A DNA stretch of 64,000 nt, taken from positions 16,978 to 80,977 of the forward strand of contig JAZQYU010000057.1 in the NCBI GenBank assembly GCA_045633685.1, in the 5' to 3' direction. Numbering within the stretch: position 1 is the first letter of the stretch; every line of letters begins with the position of its first letter. The stretch comes from Acutalibacteraceae bacterium (GTDB lineage Bacteria; Bacillota; Clostridia; Oscillospirales; Acutalibacteraceae). Shown one piece after another: positions 7,150-17,736 of the stretch. Both the position numbers and the translations under genes were made by a program. The notes beneath the pieces were generated by a model, which made no database searches, was not told where the DNA came from, and saw nothing but the letters and a program-made list of their open reading frames with translations.

Positions 7150-8127
7150 TTATTCAAACCTTATTCCTGATTTTTCTCGGATTGTTTTCATTGTCTTACT
7201 CACGGCGAGGGTGAGGTCGTTTATGCTTTCAAGCTCCTGTCTTGTTTCGGGATTGGTGATGTAATTATAAAAGCTCTGTGCTTCATAAGACATCAGCACA
7301 TGCTTTTCGGTGTCACCTGTGAGCACGGTTTCATTGCCGTCGTTATCAAAATATCTTATATCCGTAAGTTTTGAAATTGACGGTGTTGCAATTGTTCCGT
7401 TGTCGCCGAAAATCTGTGAACCGAAGCGGCTCTGACCCACCTTTGAAAAAGTGAGAGTAATCTGCTTATCATCATAGTCAAAAACCGTTGTGCCGTATCC
7501 GTCGGCACCTGTTGAAAGGAAGCCTGCGGTTGAGGTGATTTTTTGGGGCTCACCGAACAGATCAAGAGCAGGGTAAACACAGTAGATTCCTAAATCCATA
7601 AGACAACCCGTGGCAAACTCCGGGTTAAAAATATTTGGTAGCTCCCCTCTTTTAAGGGCAGGATATTTTGACGAAAGCTGGCTGAAATCAAAATGAGCCG
7701 TTCTTATTTCGCCAAGGTTTTTCACGGCATTTCTGAGCACCTTTCTTGCCGGCAGATGCATATACATAATTGCTTCCATATAAACAAGATTTTTGCTTTG
7801 TGCAAGAGCTCTGAGCTCTTCAAATTCTTCAGGTTCAACTGTTATGGGCTTTTCGCAGATAACATGCTTGCCGCTTTGGAGCATCAGCTTGCTTTGCTTA
7901 TAATGGAGGGAATTAGGGCTTGCGATATAAACCGCATCAACATCGCTTTTTGCAAGGTCATCTATATCATCAAAAACCTCTGCACCGCCAAAGGGCTTTG
8001 CAAAGCTCTCGCCCTTTTCTTTGCTTCGCGAATAAACGGCAGAAAATTCAAGCCCGTCAACAAGCTTGGTTCCTTCAACAAACGATTCGGCAATCCAGCC
8101 TGTGCCGATAACTGCAAATTTAACCAT
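7150..8127 (-). CDS. Gfo/Idh/MocA family oxidoreductase
   Basis: N-terminal Rossmann motif MVKFAVIGTGWIAESF and the signature HVICEKPITV. The length (325 aa) is typical. Confidence 0.8.
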   Translation of the reverse strand: MVKFAVIGTGWIAESFVEGTKLVDGLEFSAVYSRSKEKGESFAKPFGGAEVFDDIDDLAKSDVDAVYIASPNSLHYKQSKLMLQSGKHVICEKPITVEPEEFEELRALAQSKNLVYMEAIMYMHLPARKVLRNAVKNLGEIRTAHFDFSQLSSKYPALKRGELPNIFNPEFATGCLMDLGIYCVYPALDLFGEPQKITSTAGFLSTGADGYGTTVFDYDDKQITLTFSKVGQSRFGSQIFGDNGTIATPSISKLTDIRYFDNDGNETVLTGDTEKHVLMSYEAQSFYNYITNPETRQELESINDLTLAVSKTMKTIREKSGIRFE

Positions 8128-8249
8128 AAGAACACCTCTTTCTTTTATATTTTAACTTGTCGCGGAACAAATTTCAATGTTTATCGGTTGAAATTTTACC
8201 GATTTGTGATATACTTATACCATTAAATTGGAAAAGGATGTCTTAATTT

Positions 8250-9344
8250 ATGAAATTAGGTATTGTAGGCTTGCCAAACGTAGGCAAGAGCACACTTTTT
8301 AACGCAATTACAAACGCAGGTGCTCAGTCAGCAAACTATGCTTTCTGCACCATTGAGCCCAACGTAGGTGTTGTGTCTGTTCCCGATGCACGTCTTGATA
8401 AGCTCACCGAAATGTATAACCCCGCCAAAACAACTCCCGCTGTTATCGAATTTGTTGACATTGCCGGTCTCGTTAAGGGCGCATCAAAGGGCGAGGGTCT
8501 CGGCAATAAATTCCTCTCTCATATCCGTGAGGTTGACGCAATTATTCACGTTGTGCGTTGCTTTGAAAATGATGATATCATTCACGTTGACGGAAGCATC
8601 GACCCCGCAAGAGATATTGAAACCATCAATCTTGAGCTTATTTTCTCTGATGTGGAAATGGTTGAACGCCGCCTTGACAGAAGCACAAAAGCTATGAAGG
8701 GTGACAAGAGCCTTGCAAAAGAGGTTGAATTCTTAAAGCGTCTTAAAGAGGAGCTTATGAACGAGGTTCCCGCAAGAAATGTTGAATGTGACGATGATGA
8801 AAAAGAAGTTCTTGATTCAATTGCACTTCTCACATCAAAGCCCGTTATCTACGCCTGCAATATGAGTGAAGACGATTTTGCCAACGGCATTGACTCAAAT
8901 GTGGGCTATCAGAAGGTAAGCGAAATTGCCGCAAATGAAGGCGCTCAGGTGCTACCCATCTGCGCAGAGCTTGAAGCTGAAATTGCACCTCTGAGCAAGG
9001 ATGAAAAAGAAATGTTCTTGGCTGAGCTTGGTGTTGAGCAGGGCGGACTTGATTTGCTCATTCAGAGAAGCTATGCTCTTCTCGGCCTTATCTCTTACCT
9101 CACAGCAGGCACTCCCGAGGTAAGAGCGTGGACAATCACCAACGGCACAAAAGCTCCCCAGGCAGCAGGTAAAATCCACTCCGACTTTGAAAGAGGCTTC
9201 ATCCGCGCAGAGGTTATTTCTTTTGACGACCTTATTGCCTGCGGCTCAATGGCAGCCGCCAAGGAAAAAGGTCTTGTGCGCAGTGAAGGCAAAGAATATG
9301 TTATGAAAGACGGCGACATTGTTCTTTTCAGATTCAATGTCTGA
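8250..9344 (+). CDS. ychF: Ribosome-binding ATPase YchF
   Basis: [21 protein letters not shown] (G1 motif), [20 protein letters not shown], and a C-terminal TGS-like end [12 protein letters not shown]. Confidence 0.95.
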   Translation: MKLGIVGLPNVGKSTLFNAITNAGAQSANYAFCTIEPNVGVVSVPDARLDKLTEMYNPAKTTPAVIEFVDIAGLVKGASKGEGLGNKFLSHIREVDAIIHVVRCFENDDIIHVDGSIDPARDIETINLELIFSDVEMVERRLDRSTKAMKGDKSLAKEVEFLKRLKEELMNEVPARNVECDDDEKEVLDSIALLTSKPVIYACNMSEDDFANGIDSNVGYQKVSEIAANEGAQVLPICAELEAEIAPLSKDEKEMFLAELGVEQGGLDLLIQRSYALLGLISYLTAGTPEVRAWTITNGTKAPQAAGKIHSDFERGFIRAEVISFDDLIACGSMAAAKEKGLVRSEGKEYVMKDGDIVLFRFNV

Positions 9345-9353
9345 TTTGACTGT

Positions 9354-10976
9354 ATGATTAGAGTTAACGAAATTAAAGTCCCTCTTGAAGCCACCAATGA
9401 TGACATTCTGCGCAAAACCGCAGAAAGCCTGAAAATACCCGTTTCAAAAATCAAGAGCTTTTCAATTGCAAAAAAGAGCCTTGATTCACGAAAAAAGGAT
9501 AACCTGTTTTTTGTTTACAGCGTTGATGTTACCGTTGACGGGAATGAGGACAAAATTTTAGCAAAATGCAAAAAGGCAAACAAAATTCAGCCTTTTGTTT
9601 ATACCGTGCCCGAAAACAAGCGTCAGAGCGCTCTGCGCCCCGTTGTGGCAGGTTTCGGCCCCGGAGGGATGTTTGCTGCGCTGACCCTTGCCCGCGCAGG
9701 GCTTCGTCCCATTGTGCTTGAAAGAGGTCAGGATGTTGAAACAAGAACAAAGGACATCAACTCCTTCTGGCAAAGCAAAAAACTCAGCACCGAGTCAAAC
9801 GTTCAGTTTGGTGAAGGCGGAGCAGGCACCTTTTCTGACGGCAAGCTCACTACGGGCATTAAAGACCCGCTATGCCGTCAGGTGTTTCTTGACTTCGTAA
9901 AATTCGGCGCAGATGAGGATATTCTCTATTCCTGGCTGCCTCATATCGGCACCGATAAGCTTTGCAAAATAGTTAAAAATTTAAGAGAAGAAATTATTTC
10001 TCTGGGTGGCGAAGTGCGATTCGGCTGTAAAATGACTGACATTATCGCCGCCAACGGAGTTATCCACGGGGTAACATATATAAACGAAAACGGTGAATCA
10101 GTTGACCTTGAAACCGATGCACTTATTGCAGCAATAGGTCACTCTGCAAGAGATACCGTTGAGATGCTTTATGCCCACGGCATCACCATGATGCAAAAGC
10201 CTTTTTCTGTCGGAGCAAGAATTGAGCATCCCAGAGAATTTATTGACAAGGCTCAATACGGCAGCTTCGCAGGTCATCCTGCCCTTGGTGCCGCAAGCTA
10301 CAAAATGGCGTGTCATCCTCAGGGCGGCAGAGGAGCTTATACCTTCTGTATGTGCCCCGGAGGCACTGTTGTTGCCGCCGCAAGTGAAGAGAACACAGTT
10401 GTTGTTAACGGAATGAGCTACCGCGCCCGTGACGGCAAAAATTCCAACTGCGCCGTTCTCGTGGGTGTTGAGCCCGAGGATTTCGGCAACGATCACCCTC
10501 TTGCCGGATTTGATTTGCAACAAAAAATCGAGCACACGGCTTTTGTCAAGGGCGGCGAAAATTATTCTGCCCCGGCTCAACTTGTGGGTGATTTTCTCAA
10601 AAACCAGAAATCCGTTGCTCTCGGCAGCATTGAGCCCACCTGCCCTACGGGGGTTACGTTAGGTGACATAAGAGAGGTTCTTCCCCAAAAAGTGACCGAC
10701 ATTATGGCAGATGCTCTCGTTAAAATGGGCACTATGCTCAGGGGCTTCGATATGCCTGATGCTGTGCTCACTGCTCCTGAAACCCGTTCATCCTCCCCCG
10801 TGAGAATCAACCGTGATGAATTTTATCAGAGCGTGAGTCTGCGCGGACTTTATCCCTGCGGAGAGGGTGCAGGCTATGCAGGGGGAATTGTTTCTTCGGC
10901 TGTTGACGGTATGCGATGTGCAAATGCCGTGCTCAGCGGTGAATATTTAAACTGGTACACAACAAATAAGGACTGA
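9354..10976 (+). CDS. FAD-dependent protein (COG2509-type uncharacterized dehydrogenase)
   Basis: The dinucleotide-binding motif VVAGFGPGGMFAALTLARAGLRPIVLERG follows an N-terminal domain of about 90 aa. The C-terminus reads GLYPCGEGAGYAGGI. Confidence 0.8.
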   Translation: MIRVNEIKVPLEATNDDILRKTAESLKIPVSKIKSFSIAKKSLDSRKKDNLFFVYSVDVTVDGNEDKILAKCKKANKIQPFVYTVPENKRQSALRPVVAGFGPGGMFAALTLARAGLRPIVLERGQDVETRTKDINSFWQSKKLSTESNVQFGEGGAGTFSDGKLTTGIKDPLCRQVFLDFVKFGADEDILYSWLPHIGTDKLCKIVKNLREEIISLGGEVRFGCKMTDIIAANGVIHGVTYINENGESVDLETDALIAAIGHSARDTVEMLYAHGITMMQKPFSVGARIEHPREFIDKAQYGSFAGHPALGAASYKMACHPQGGRGAYTFCMCPGGTVVAAASEENTVVVNGMSYRARDGKNSNCAVLVGVEPEDFGNDHPLAGFDLQQKIEHTAFVKGGENYSAPAQLVGDFLKNQKSVALGSIEPTCPTGVTLGDIREVLPQKVTDIMADALVKMGTMLRGFDMPDAVLTAPETRSSSPVRINRDEFYQSVSLRGLYPCGEGAGYAGGIVSSAVDGMRCANAVLSGEYLNWYTTNKD

Positions 10977-10981
10977 TTATT

Positions 10982-11869
10982 ATGTTATTGACAACCAGCA
11001 CAGGTCTGATAGGTTCACGCCTCGGTGACCTTAAAGCCATTGAAATCATAAAAAATGCCGGTTTCGATGCCCTCGATGCCGACCTTGATTATTGGGATGA
11101 TGCCGGCTATTTTAAAGGTGACTACCTCGCCAGAGCCAAAGAAATGAGAAAAAAGGCAGACGAGCTCAACATTCCTTTTGTTCAGGCTCACGCGCCCTTT
11201 AACCTTTCAATGGACGACGGTGAAGAAGTCAACTACCAAAATACCTTTGCCGTTGCCGTCAAATCAATTGAATGCTGTGAGATTCTCGGTGCCGATATTC
11301 TCATTGTTCATCCGTTGCAGTTCAGAGAATATTACCGTAACAAAGATTTTTTCAAAAAGCTTAACAAAAAGTTTTACACAGATCTTCTCCCATATTGCAA
11401 AAAACACGGGGTAAAAATCGCCTGCGAAAATATGTGGCGCAATGACCCGCATAACGGCCACATCATCGACAGCGTCTGCTCCGACCCAGAGGAGTTCAAT
11501 GAATACATTGATATGGTTGGCAGCGAATATCTTGTTGCCTGCCTTGACCTTGGTCATTGCGGACTTACCAACAGAGATGCGGCACACTGCATACGCACAA
11601 TGGGTGGTGACAGAATCAAAGCCCTCCACATCCATGACAATGATTTTGTTCACGACAGGCACACAATGCCTATGATGGGCAGAATGGATTGGGACTCAAT
11701 CACCAAAGCTCTTGCCGACATAAATTACAGCGGCAACTTCACCCTTGAATCCGACGGATTCCTGAGCGGCTTCGGAAAAGACGAAGAGCTTCTCCTTCAG
11801 GCGCAGAAGCTTCAGGTTGCCGTCAGCAGAAAGTTGATGCAGGATATAGAAAATTTCAAGAAAAAATGA
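10982..11869 (+). CDS. Sugar phosphate isomerase/epimerase (xylose isomerase-like TIM barrel)
   Basis: The spaced metal-ligand pattern HAPF .. LIVHP .. ACENM .. CLDLGH .. LHIHDN is typical of the AP_endonuc_2 fold. Confidence 0.7.
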   Translation: MLLTTSTGLIGSRLGDLKAIEIIKNAGFDALDADLDYWDDAGYFKGDYLARAKEMRKKADELNIPFVQAHAPFNLSMDDGEEVNYQNTFAVAVKSIECCEILGADILIVHPLQFREYYRNKDFFKKLNKKFYTDLLPYCKKHGVKIACENMWRNDPHNGHIIDSVCSDPEEFNEYIDMVGSEYLVACLDLGHCGLTNRDAAHCIRTMGGDRIKALHIHDNDFVHDRHTMPMMGRMDWDSITKALADINYSGNFTLESDGFLSGFGKDEELLLQAQKLQVAVSRKLMQDIENFKKK

Positions 11870-11910
11870 ATTTACCCTCGACGAAAAATTCTCGTCGAGG
11901 GTTCGTTTTT

Positions 11911-14547
11911 TTATTTGATGGATTCATAAATTCTTTCTCTGCAGTTTTTGTCTGCGTGGAGGAAAAATCCATCCATTCTCTTTGCATAAACCTCATCAGG
12001 CTCACCGTTTCTTTCAACAAGGTCAACGAGGAACTTCACTGCCTCATCACTTGTGTGAGCAAGGGGGCCAAATCCCTCCTCCAACGGAAGGTCAAGCTTA
12101 CGGTAGTCATTCATACCTGCTCTGAACATTTCATCATCAGGCACAAAATACATAAGGGTCTTTTTAAGATACACAAAATCAAAACAGAAGGATGAAAAGT
12201 CGGTAATAAACACCTTATAACTCTTTTCATCAACAGCCTTGTCCGCTACCCTGATGCGCTTTGAATCAAGCTCATAAAGCTCCGCGCAGGAAGCAAGAAT
12301 GGGATGAAGCTTAAAATCAAGATACCAATCGTTCTTTTCAAGCACCTCTTCAAGCTCCTTTGAATGAAGGAAATCATAAGTTTCTTTAAAGAAATTGCTC
12401 TTCTTGAATTTTGCAGGGTTGGCAGAAATTTTTCCTCTGTCGTTATCAACAAGATATTTTCTCCAGGTGGGGGCAAAAAGAATTTTCTTTTCACTCTTGG
12501 CGGCATCAATGTCAATGAAATCGTATCTCGGCATACCTGCAGGGATAAGGTCGCAATCTCTGAAGCCGTAATTCTCGGTCATATTTTTAACCTCAAAAGT
12601 GGTAGAGATAACCTCTCTGTCCACAGCATTGAGCCTGTCGTTGGAATATTTCCAGGGCAAAAATGCGTGAAGAACGCCGTGCTGAAGATATATAACCTGT
12701 GCCTTGAAAAGGTCTGTGTAATATTTCCACACATATGTGGGGAAAGGATTGATATTTTCATGCTCCGCAAAGGCTGTGATCACCTTTTCACTTGAGAGGA
12801 AAAATCTTCTGTGCTTGATTGATCCGAACTTGATAATATATTTTCTCTGCTTGGGTGTGAACAGGTCTTTTCTGTCCATATTGTCGTTAACAACATAGTA
12901 GCGTTCAACACCGTCGTTTTTATCAAAATCGTGAATAAACTGATAATATCCGTTATCTTTATAAACATTTCGGCAATCATAATAAAGCCAGATTCTGCGG
13001 CTCGGGTCAACCTTGTTGGCGCACAAAAATCTCCAACCGAAGGTGCGAGGACGCTTGAGCATAAGAGTTCTCTCAAATTTTTTGGTCGCAGCCTTTTCTG
13101 CTGCCGCAGATGCTTTGAAAGCCACAAAGCCGTTCTGCTGACGCTGGAATTCATATCCGCAACGGAACACCGAAAGACGAGGAACATCTGTTGCAAAGGG
13201 CGCATTCATTATGAATTCAAGCCTTGTGGGTACGCTCTCGTCACCCACTTCAACAGAAAAATATATCGCAGAATATTTTTTATAGTCCCAATCCAGACGT
13301 ACTCTGTGAAATTTGTTGGTTTTGATTTTTGCGTGATAATAATCCCATGCGGAATTTTCTGTTTCAAGCAGAATAGTTTTTGCATCGCTTTCGCCTGAAA
13401 GATGAGCATAAATCTTCACGTCATCTGTAAAAGAAAGAATAGGTGAACGAAGAAATGCATCGATATAAGCCTTCTGCTTGTCCACCTTGAAGCGGCAGAT
13501 AGTAAAAGGAACTGTATTTTCAAAGAAAACAGGCTTGTTTTCTCTGAGAACTGATACACCTGCACAGCCTGCCCGAACACTGAGTTCGTTGTCATATTTG
13601 AGGCCGAGCATATAACTTTTGTGAGGCGGGTCAACCTTGGGGTGACGGCTGATAACCGAATCGTCAACCTTTTTAAGAAGTGCGCAAATGCGTTCAACAG
13701 CCTTGTTGAATTCAGCCTCCTCATAGTGATAAGGAAGAAGAATATCTGAACGGGTTTTCCAGTTGATGTCATTTACATACATTGCCTGGAAATACTGGGG
13801 AACACTTTCACCAAAGGAGTTAAAAAGCTCCTCCCAGAAAGCCATTGTTGTTTCAAAAATATAATAAGCGTAAAAAATTGTGTTGGTAATACTGCCGGGA
13901 TTTTTGGTATAAAGATACTTGGCTCCGGTGCAGTAACCGATTTTCATTTTATCTCTTACAATGTCGATGTTATATTTCTGGTCTTCGTGGCGGAAATTTT
14001 CGGTGGTATCAAAAAGAATGTTATCCTTACCCTTGTTTTTAACGCAGATGTTTACATTGGTCTGTGTAATGTAAACATTCTCGGGGCGGGTAAGGTCATA
14101 AACACCCTGATACTGAAGATATTTATATCTGAAATGGATGCCTTCACTTTGCTTGCCGTTATAAACGGGAACAATTTTGTAGGTGACAATATCCACTTCG
14201 TTTTCGTGCTTATCAAAGAAATCTGCAAGATTCTTCAAGGACTTTTCAGTAAGTTCATCATCGGGATCAAGAAAAACAAAGTACTTGCCCTGCGCGTGCT
14301 GAATACCGAAGTTGCGGGTTTTGGAAAGCCCCTCGTTTTCCTTTGAAAAATATTTGAAGAAATCATACTTCTCGCAAAACTTTTTGCAGATAGCTTCGCT
14401 GTTGTCGGGTGAGCCGTCATTGATAAGCAAAACCTCAAGATCCTTTTTGTCAATAGACTGCTTAACCAATGATTCAAGACAAGCTTCAAGATATTCTTCA
14501 ACATTGTAAATCGGAATAATAACGGAAATTCTGTATTTAAAATCCAT
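11911..14547 (-). CDS. Bifunctional family-2 glycosyltransferase / CDP-glycerol glycerophosphotransferase (TagF-like)
   Basis: The N-terminus ISVIIPIYNVEEYLEACLESLVKQS..LINDGSPD..FLDPDD is a GT2 domain. The C-terminal half (QHGV.., KILFAPTWR, LDFKLHP, ITDFSS) matches TagB/TagF-type teichoic acid polymerases. Confidence 0.85.
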   Translation of the reverse strand: MDFKYRISVIIPIYNVEEYLEACLESLVKQSIDKKDLEVLLINDGSPDNSEAICKKFCEKYDFFKYFSKENEGLSKTRNFGIQHAQGKYFVFLDPDDELTEKSLKNLADFFDKHENEVDIVTYKIVPVYNGKQSEGIHFRYKYLQYQGVYDLTRPENVYITQTNVNICVKNKGKDNILFDTTENFRHEDQKYNIDIVRDKMKIGYCTGAKYLYTKNPGSITNTIFYAYYIFETTMAFWEELFNSFGESVPQYFQAMYVNDINWKTRSDILLPYHYEEAEFNKAVERICALLKKVDDSVISRHPKVDPPHKSYMLGLKYDNELSVRAGCAGVSVLRENKPVFFENTVPFTICRFKVDKQKAYIDAFLRSPILSFTDDVKIYAHLSGESDAKTILLETENSAWDYYHAKIKTNKFHRVRLDWDYKKYSAIYFSVEVGDESVPTRLEFIMNAPFATDVPRLSVFRCGYEFQRQQNGFVAFKASAAAEKAATKKFERTLMLKRPRTFGWRFLCANKVDPSRRIWLYYDCRNVYKDNGYYQFIHDFDKNDGVERYYVVNDNMDRKDLFTPKQRKYIIKFGSIKHRRFFLSSEKVITAFAEHENINPFPTYVWKYYTDLFKAQVIYLQHGVLHAFLPWKYSNDRLNAVDREVISTTFEVKNMTENYGFRDCDLIPAGMPRYDFIDIDAAKSEKKILFAPTWRKYLVDNDRGKISANPAKFKKSNFFKETYDFLHSKELEEVLEKNDWYLDFKLHPILASCAELYELDSKRIRVADKAVDEKSYKVFITDFSSFCFDFVYLKKTLMYFVPDDEMFRAGMNDYRKLDLPLEEGFGPLAHTSDEAVKFLVDLVERNGEPDEVYAKRMDGFFLHADKNCRERIYESIK

Positions 14548-14613
14548 TTTACCACCTCATATAATTTGCCTTATAAATCAGTTTACCACACCGTCTTTGT
14601 TTTTTCAACAAAT

Positions 14614-15732
14614 TTATAAAATCCGCAGGATATTTTCCACTGTTGCGGCAAGATTTTCTTCACTTTTGTGCTTTGAAAGCTCAAAATCCACGGGTAACGG
14701 GTTGGTTGCAAAAACCGCCTTCACGCCCATTTCGTATATTGCATCAAGGTCAGCTTCATATCCGCCCACAACCGCAATCACAGACACACTCTTTTCTTTT
14801 GCCACTTTTGCAACACCCGAAACCACCTTGCCTCTGAGAGATTGGCTGTCAAGCCTTCCTTCGCCTGTGAAAACAAAATCAGCTCCGTTGATTTTTGTTT
14901 CAAACTCCACAGTATCAAGCACGGTTTCAATTCCCGAACGAAGCTCGGCACCGAAAAAAGCCACCATTCCTGCGCCCATTCCTCCTGCCGCACCGGCGCC
15001 GGGAAAAACGGACACGTCAATGCCAATATCCGTTTTCACAATTTCCCCGCCGTGACGAAGCCCGTCATCAAGAAGCTCAACCTGTTTTTCATCTGCCCCT
15101 TTCTGAGGAGCAAATACATAAGCTGCACCGTTTTTGCCGAAAAGAGGATTGTCAATATCGCACATCGCAGTGATTTCAATCCCGTTCAGAAGCGCACTTT
15201 TCCGGGAAATATCAATTTTTGCAATTTCGCAAAGGGTTCCGCCCACAGGCACAAATTCTTCACCTTTGGCGTTATAAAATTTCACACCCGCAGCAGCGGC
15301 AGCACCTGCGCCCATGTCATTTGTGCAGGAGCCTCCAAGACACATTATGATTTTTTTGCAGCCTCTTTTTGCCGCATCAAGCATCAATTCACCCACGCCG
15401 TAAGTGGTGGTAAACTCAGGATTTTTTCTGTCCTCCGCAAGGGGCAGACCTGCACAGGCGGCCATTTCAATCACAGCGGTGTCACCGTTAATGATCCCGT
15501 ACTCTGCCTCAATTTTTTCACCATAGGGATCACTCACCGAAGCGGCAATCCGCTCCCCGCCCAAAGCGTTAAGGAAGCAATCCACGCTCCCCTCTCCGCC
15601 ATCGGCAACAGGAATTTTCACCACTTCGCAAGTCGGGAAGATCTTATTTATTTTTTCTCCAAAAATCTCACAAATACGTTCAGAGGAAATGGTGCCCTTG
15701 AACGAATCAGGTATAACAACTGCTTTTTTCAT
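14614..15732 (-). CDS. Glycerate kinase
   Basis: MKKAVVIPDSFKGTISS, PVADGGEGS, LGGSCTNDMGAG and FTGEGRLDSQS. Confidence 0.9.
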   Translation of the reverse strand: MKKAVVIPDSFKGTISSERICEIFGEKINKIFPTCEVVKIPVADGGEGSVDCFLNALGGERIAASVSDPYGEKIEAEYGIINGDTAVIEMAACAGLPLAEDRKNPEFTTTYGVGELMLDAAKRGCKKIIMCLGGSCTNDMGAGAAAAAGVKFYNAKGEEFVPVGGTLCEIAKIDISRKSALLNGIEITAMCDIDNPLFGKNGAAYVFAPQKGADEKQVELLDDGLRHGGEIVKTDIGIDVSVFPGAGAAGGMGAGMVAFFGAELRSGIETVLDTVEFETKINGADFVFTGEGRLDSQSLRGKVVSGVAKVAKEKSVSVIAVVGGYEADLDAIYEMGVKAVFATNPLPVDFELSKHKSEENLAATVENILRIL

Positions 15733-16268
15733 CAGCGGATAACCTTTACTCTGTCGTCAAATCTGGGCTTCTGCTCAGGCTTTTCGTCAGGATAACCGAT
15801 TGCAATTGCTATCTGGAATTTGTAGTTTTCGGGAATGTCAAAAAGCTGCTTCCATTTGAGTGATTTTTCATCATTGAAAAGTGCACCGATGCTTGCAATA
15901 ATGCAGGTACCAAGCCCAAGGCTTTCAGCGGCAATAACAATGTTTTCACACATAATGCCCGAATCCATATAGCTCTCGTTTTCGGCAAAAATAATTGCAA
16001 GAGTGGGAGCGGTCTGATACACGGGATTAACATCCCAACGGGTATAGGCAGGAGTATCCCAACCCACAACATCTTTAAAATCCTTGTTCATCCCTTCAAG
16101 GTAATCGTGATTCTGAACGAATCTCAGGTGGCAGGGCTGACCGTTTCTTCCGCTGGGAGCTTTAACAGCCGCCTGAGAAAGAATCTCCAGCTCCTCGTCT
16201 GTAATCTGCTGAGGCTTATATGCTCTGATAGTCTGCCTTTTTAAAATATTTTTAATAGTTTCGTTCAT
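15732..16268 (-). CDS. Nitroreductase family protein
   Basis: RQTIRAYKPQQITDEELEILSQAAVKAPSGRNGQP. The length is 178 aa. Confidence 0.8.
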   Translation of the reverse strand: MNETIKNILKRQTIRAYKPQQITDEELEILSQAAVKAPSGRNGQPCHLRFVQNHDYLEGMNKDFKDVVGWDTPAYTRWDVNPVYQTAPTLAIIFAENESYMDSGIMCENIVIAAESLGLGTCIIASIGALFNDEKSLKWKQLFDIPENYKFQIAIAIGYPDEKPEQKPRFDDRVKVIR

Positions 16269-16367
16269 ATGTAATCCTCCAAAAGCTATGTTTACAAAAG
16301 TTAGTTTATCAAATACACTTTACAAAGTCAAATAAATGATGATATACTTTATAAAAGAGGTGGTTTT

Positions 16368-16763
16368 ATGATGAATTCAAAAATACTCATTGCCAAAGCC
16401 GTTGAAGCTATGGAAAACGCTTATGCGCCTTATTCTGCCTTCAAGGTGGGCGCTGCTCTGCTTTCAAAAAGCGGAAGAGTTTTTACAGGCTGTAATATTG
16501 AAAACGCATCATACTCCCCAACCTGCTGCGCAGAAAGAACAGCATTTTTCAAAGCAATCAGCGAGGGAGAAAAGGAATTCACCGCCATTGCTGTTGTTGG
16601 CGGAAAAGAGGGCGAAATCAGCTCTTTCTGCCCTCCCTGCGGAGTGTGCCGTCAGGTTATGGCAGAATTCTGCGACAAAGATTTTATGATTATCCTCTCT
16701 GACGGCAAGCTCACCAAGGCTCACACCCTTGAAAAGCTGTTGCCCGAAAGCTTTTCACTATAA
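16368..16763 (+). CDS. cdd: Cytidine deaminase
   Basis: Zinc motifs CAERTAFF and CPPCGVCRQVMAEF. The length is 131 aa. Confidence 0.9.
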   Translation: MMNSKILIAKAVEAMENAYAPYSAFKVGAALLSKSGRVFTGCNIENASYSPTCCAERTAFFKAISEGEKEFTAIAVVGGKEGEISSFCPPCGVCRQVMAEFCDKDFMIILSDGKLTKAHTLEKLLPESFSL

Positions 16764-16769
16764 AACCGA

Positions 16770-16793
16770 GAGCTTGCTCCAATGAGCAAGCTC
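16770..16793. terminator. Bidirectional hairpin terminator between cdd (+) and the SASP gene (-)
   Basis: GAGCTTGCTC caat GAGCAAGCTC forms a perfect 10-bp stem, with a CTTTGATTT tail on the + strand. Confidence 0.6.
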
Positions 16794-16808
16794 CTTTGAT
16801 TTATAAGG

Positions 16809-17003
16809 TTATTTCAAGCTGTTTTCGTAAGACTCGATCATTTTCTTAACCATCTGACCGCCAACAGAACCTGCCTGCTTTGAGGTAAGGTCACCGTTGT
16901 AGCCCTGCTTAAGATTTACGCCTACTTCTGCAGCGGCTTCCATCTTGAAGCGTTCAAGTGCAGCCTTTGCTTCGGGCACTGCAATTTTGTTTGATGATGC
17001 CAT
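16809..17003 (-). CDS. Alpha/beta-type small acid-soluble spore protein
   Basis: MASSNKIAVPEAKAALERFKMEAAAEVGV..KQAGSVGGQMVKKMIE carries the canonical SASP signature. The length is 64 aa. Confidence 0.9.
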   Translation of the reverse strand: MASSNKIAVPEAKAALERFKMEAAAEVGVNLKQGYNGDLTSKQAGSVGGQMVKKMIESYENSLK

Positions 17004-17084
17004 TGTGTTTCACTCCTTCGCAACAAATTGCGTTTGCAGTAATATTGTTGCTTATGAAGCAAAATTTATTTATGCCAATTTTTG

Positions 17085-17126
17085 AAACAAAAATTAAAGC
17101 GTTGTGCTCGTTTGAACACAACGCTT
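17085..17126 (-). terminator. Rho-independent terminator after pduL
   Basis: The stem AAGCGTTGTG / CACAACGCTT is followed by TTAATTTTTGTT on the minus strand. Confidence 0.5.
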
Positions 17127-17139
17127 ATTTTAAATCTGA

Positions 17140-17718
17140 TTAGTCAGTGATGATTTCACCCATCATGCCGGGAGCTGCAAATGCTGCGTTTGACTCGTCT
17201 GTGTCAATGTGCATTGCAAGGGCATAAGCGGGGTTAACTCTGACAACAACATCACCAAAGATGAGTGTTCTGCCGTCTGACTCAACCTTAACAGAAACAA
17301 TCTGCTTATCCTCAACGCCGTATTTTTCAGCGTCTGCAGGAGTTGCGTGGATGTGGCGCTTTGCAACGATAACGCCGGCATCAATTTCAACCTCACCTGC
17401 GGGGCCAACAAGCTTGCAAGCACCTGAGCCTGCAATGTCACCGCTTTCACGGCAGGGAGCTGCGACGCCGATTGAACGAGCGTCACTTGCTGAAAGCTCA
17501 ACCTGTGTGTCGGGACGAACAGGGCCGAGGATTGAAACTGCGGGGAATGAACCCTTTGAGCCGATAACCTGAACTCTTTCTTCGCAAGCGAACTGACCGG
17601 GCTGTGACAAGTCCTTTTTGTGAGTCAATTCATAGCCTGCGCCGAAAAGTGTTTCCAAATCTGCCTGAGAAACATGAATGTGTCTTGCAGATGTTTCAAT
17701 CAAAACTTCCTTTTTCAT
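17140..17718 (-). CDS. pduL: Phosphate propanoyltransferase / phosphotransacylase PduL
   Basis: Duplicated motifs ETSARHIHVSQADLETLFG and AKRHIHATPADAEKYG. Confidence 0.9.
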   Translation of the reverse strand: MKKEVLIETSARHIHVSQADLETLFGAGYELTHKKDLSQPGQFACEERVQVIGSKGSFPAVSILGPVRPDTQVELSASDARSIGVAAPCRESGDIAGSGACKLVGPAGEVEIDAGVIVAKRHIHATPADAEKYGVEDKQIVSVKVESDGRTLIFGDVVVRVNPAYALAMHIDTDESNAAFAAPGMMGEIITD

Positions 17719-17736
17719 TTTGCTAACCTTCTTTAA

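Noticed and set aside
14842-15795. 317-aa plus-strand ORF
   Set aside because: It is fully antisense to the well-supported glycerate kinase gene. Its composition is the mirror image of that gene's, and it has no RBS or recognisable motif.
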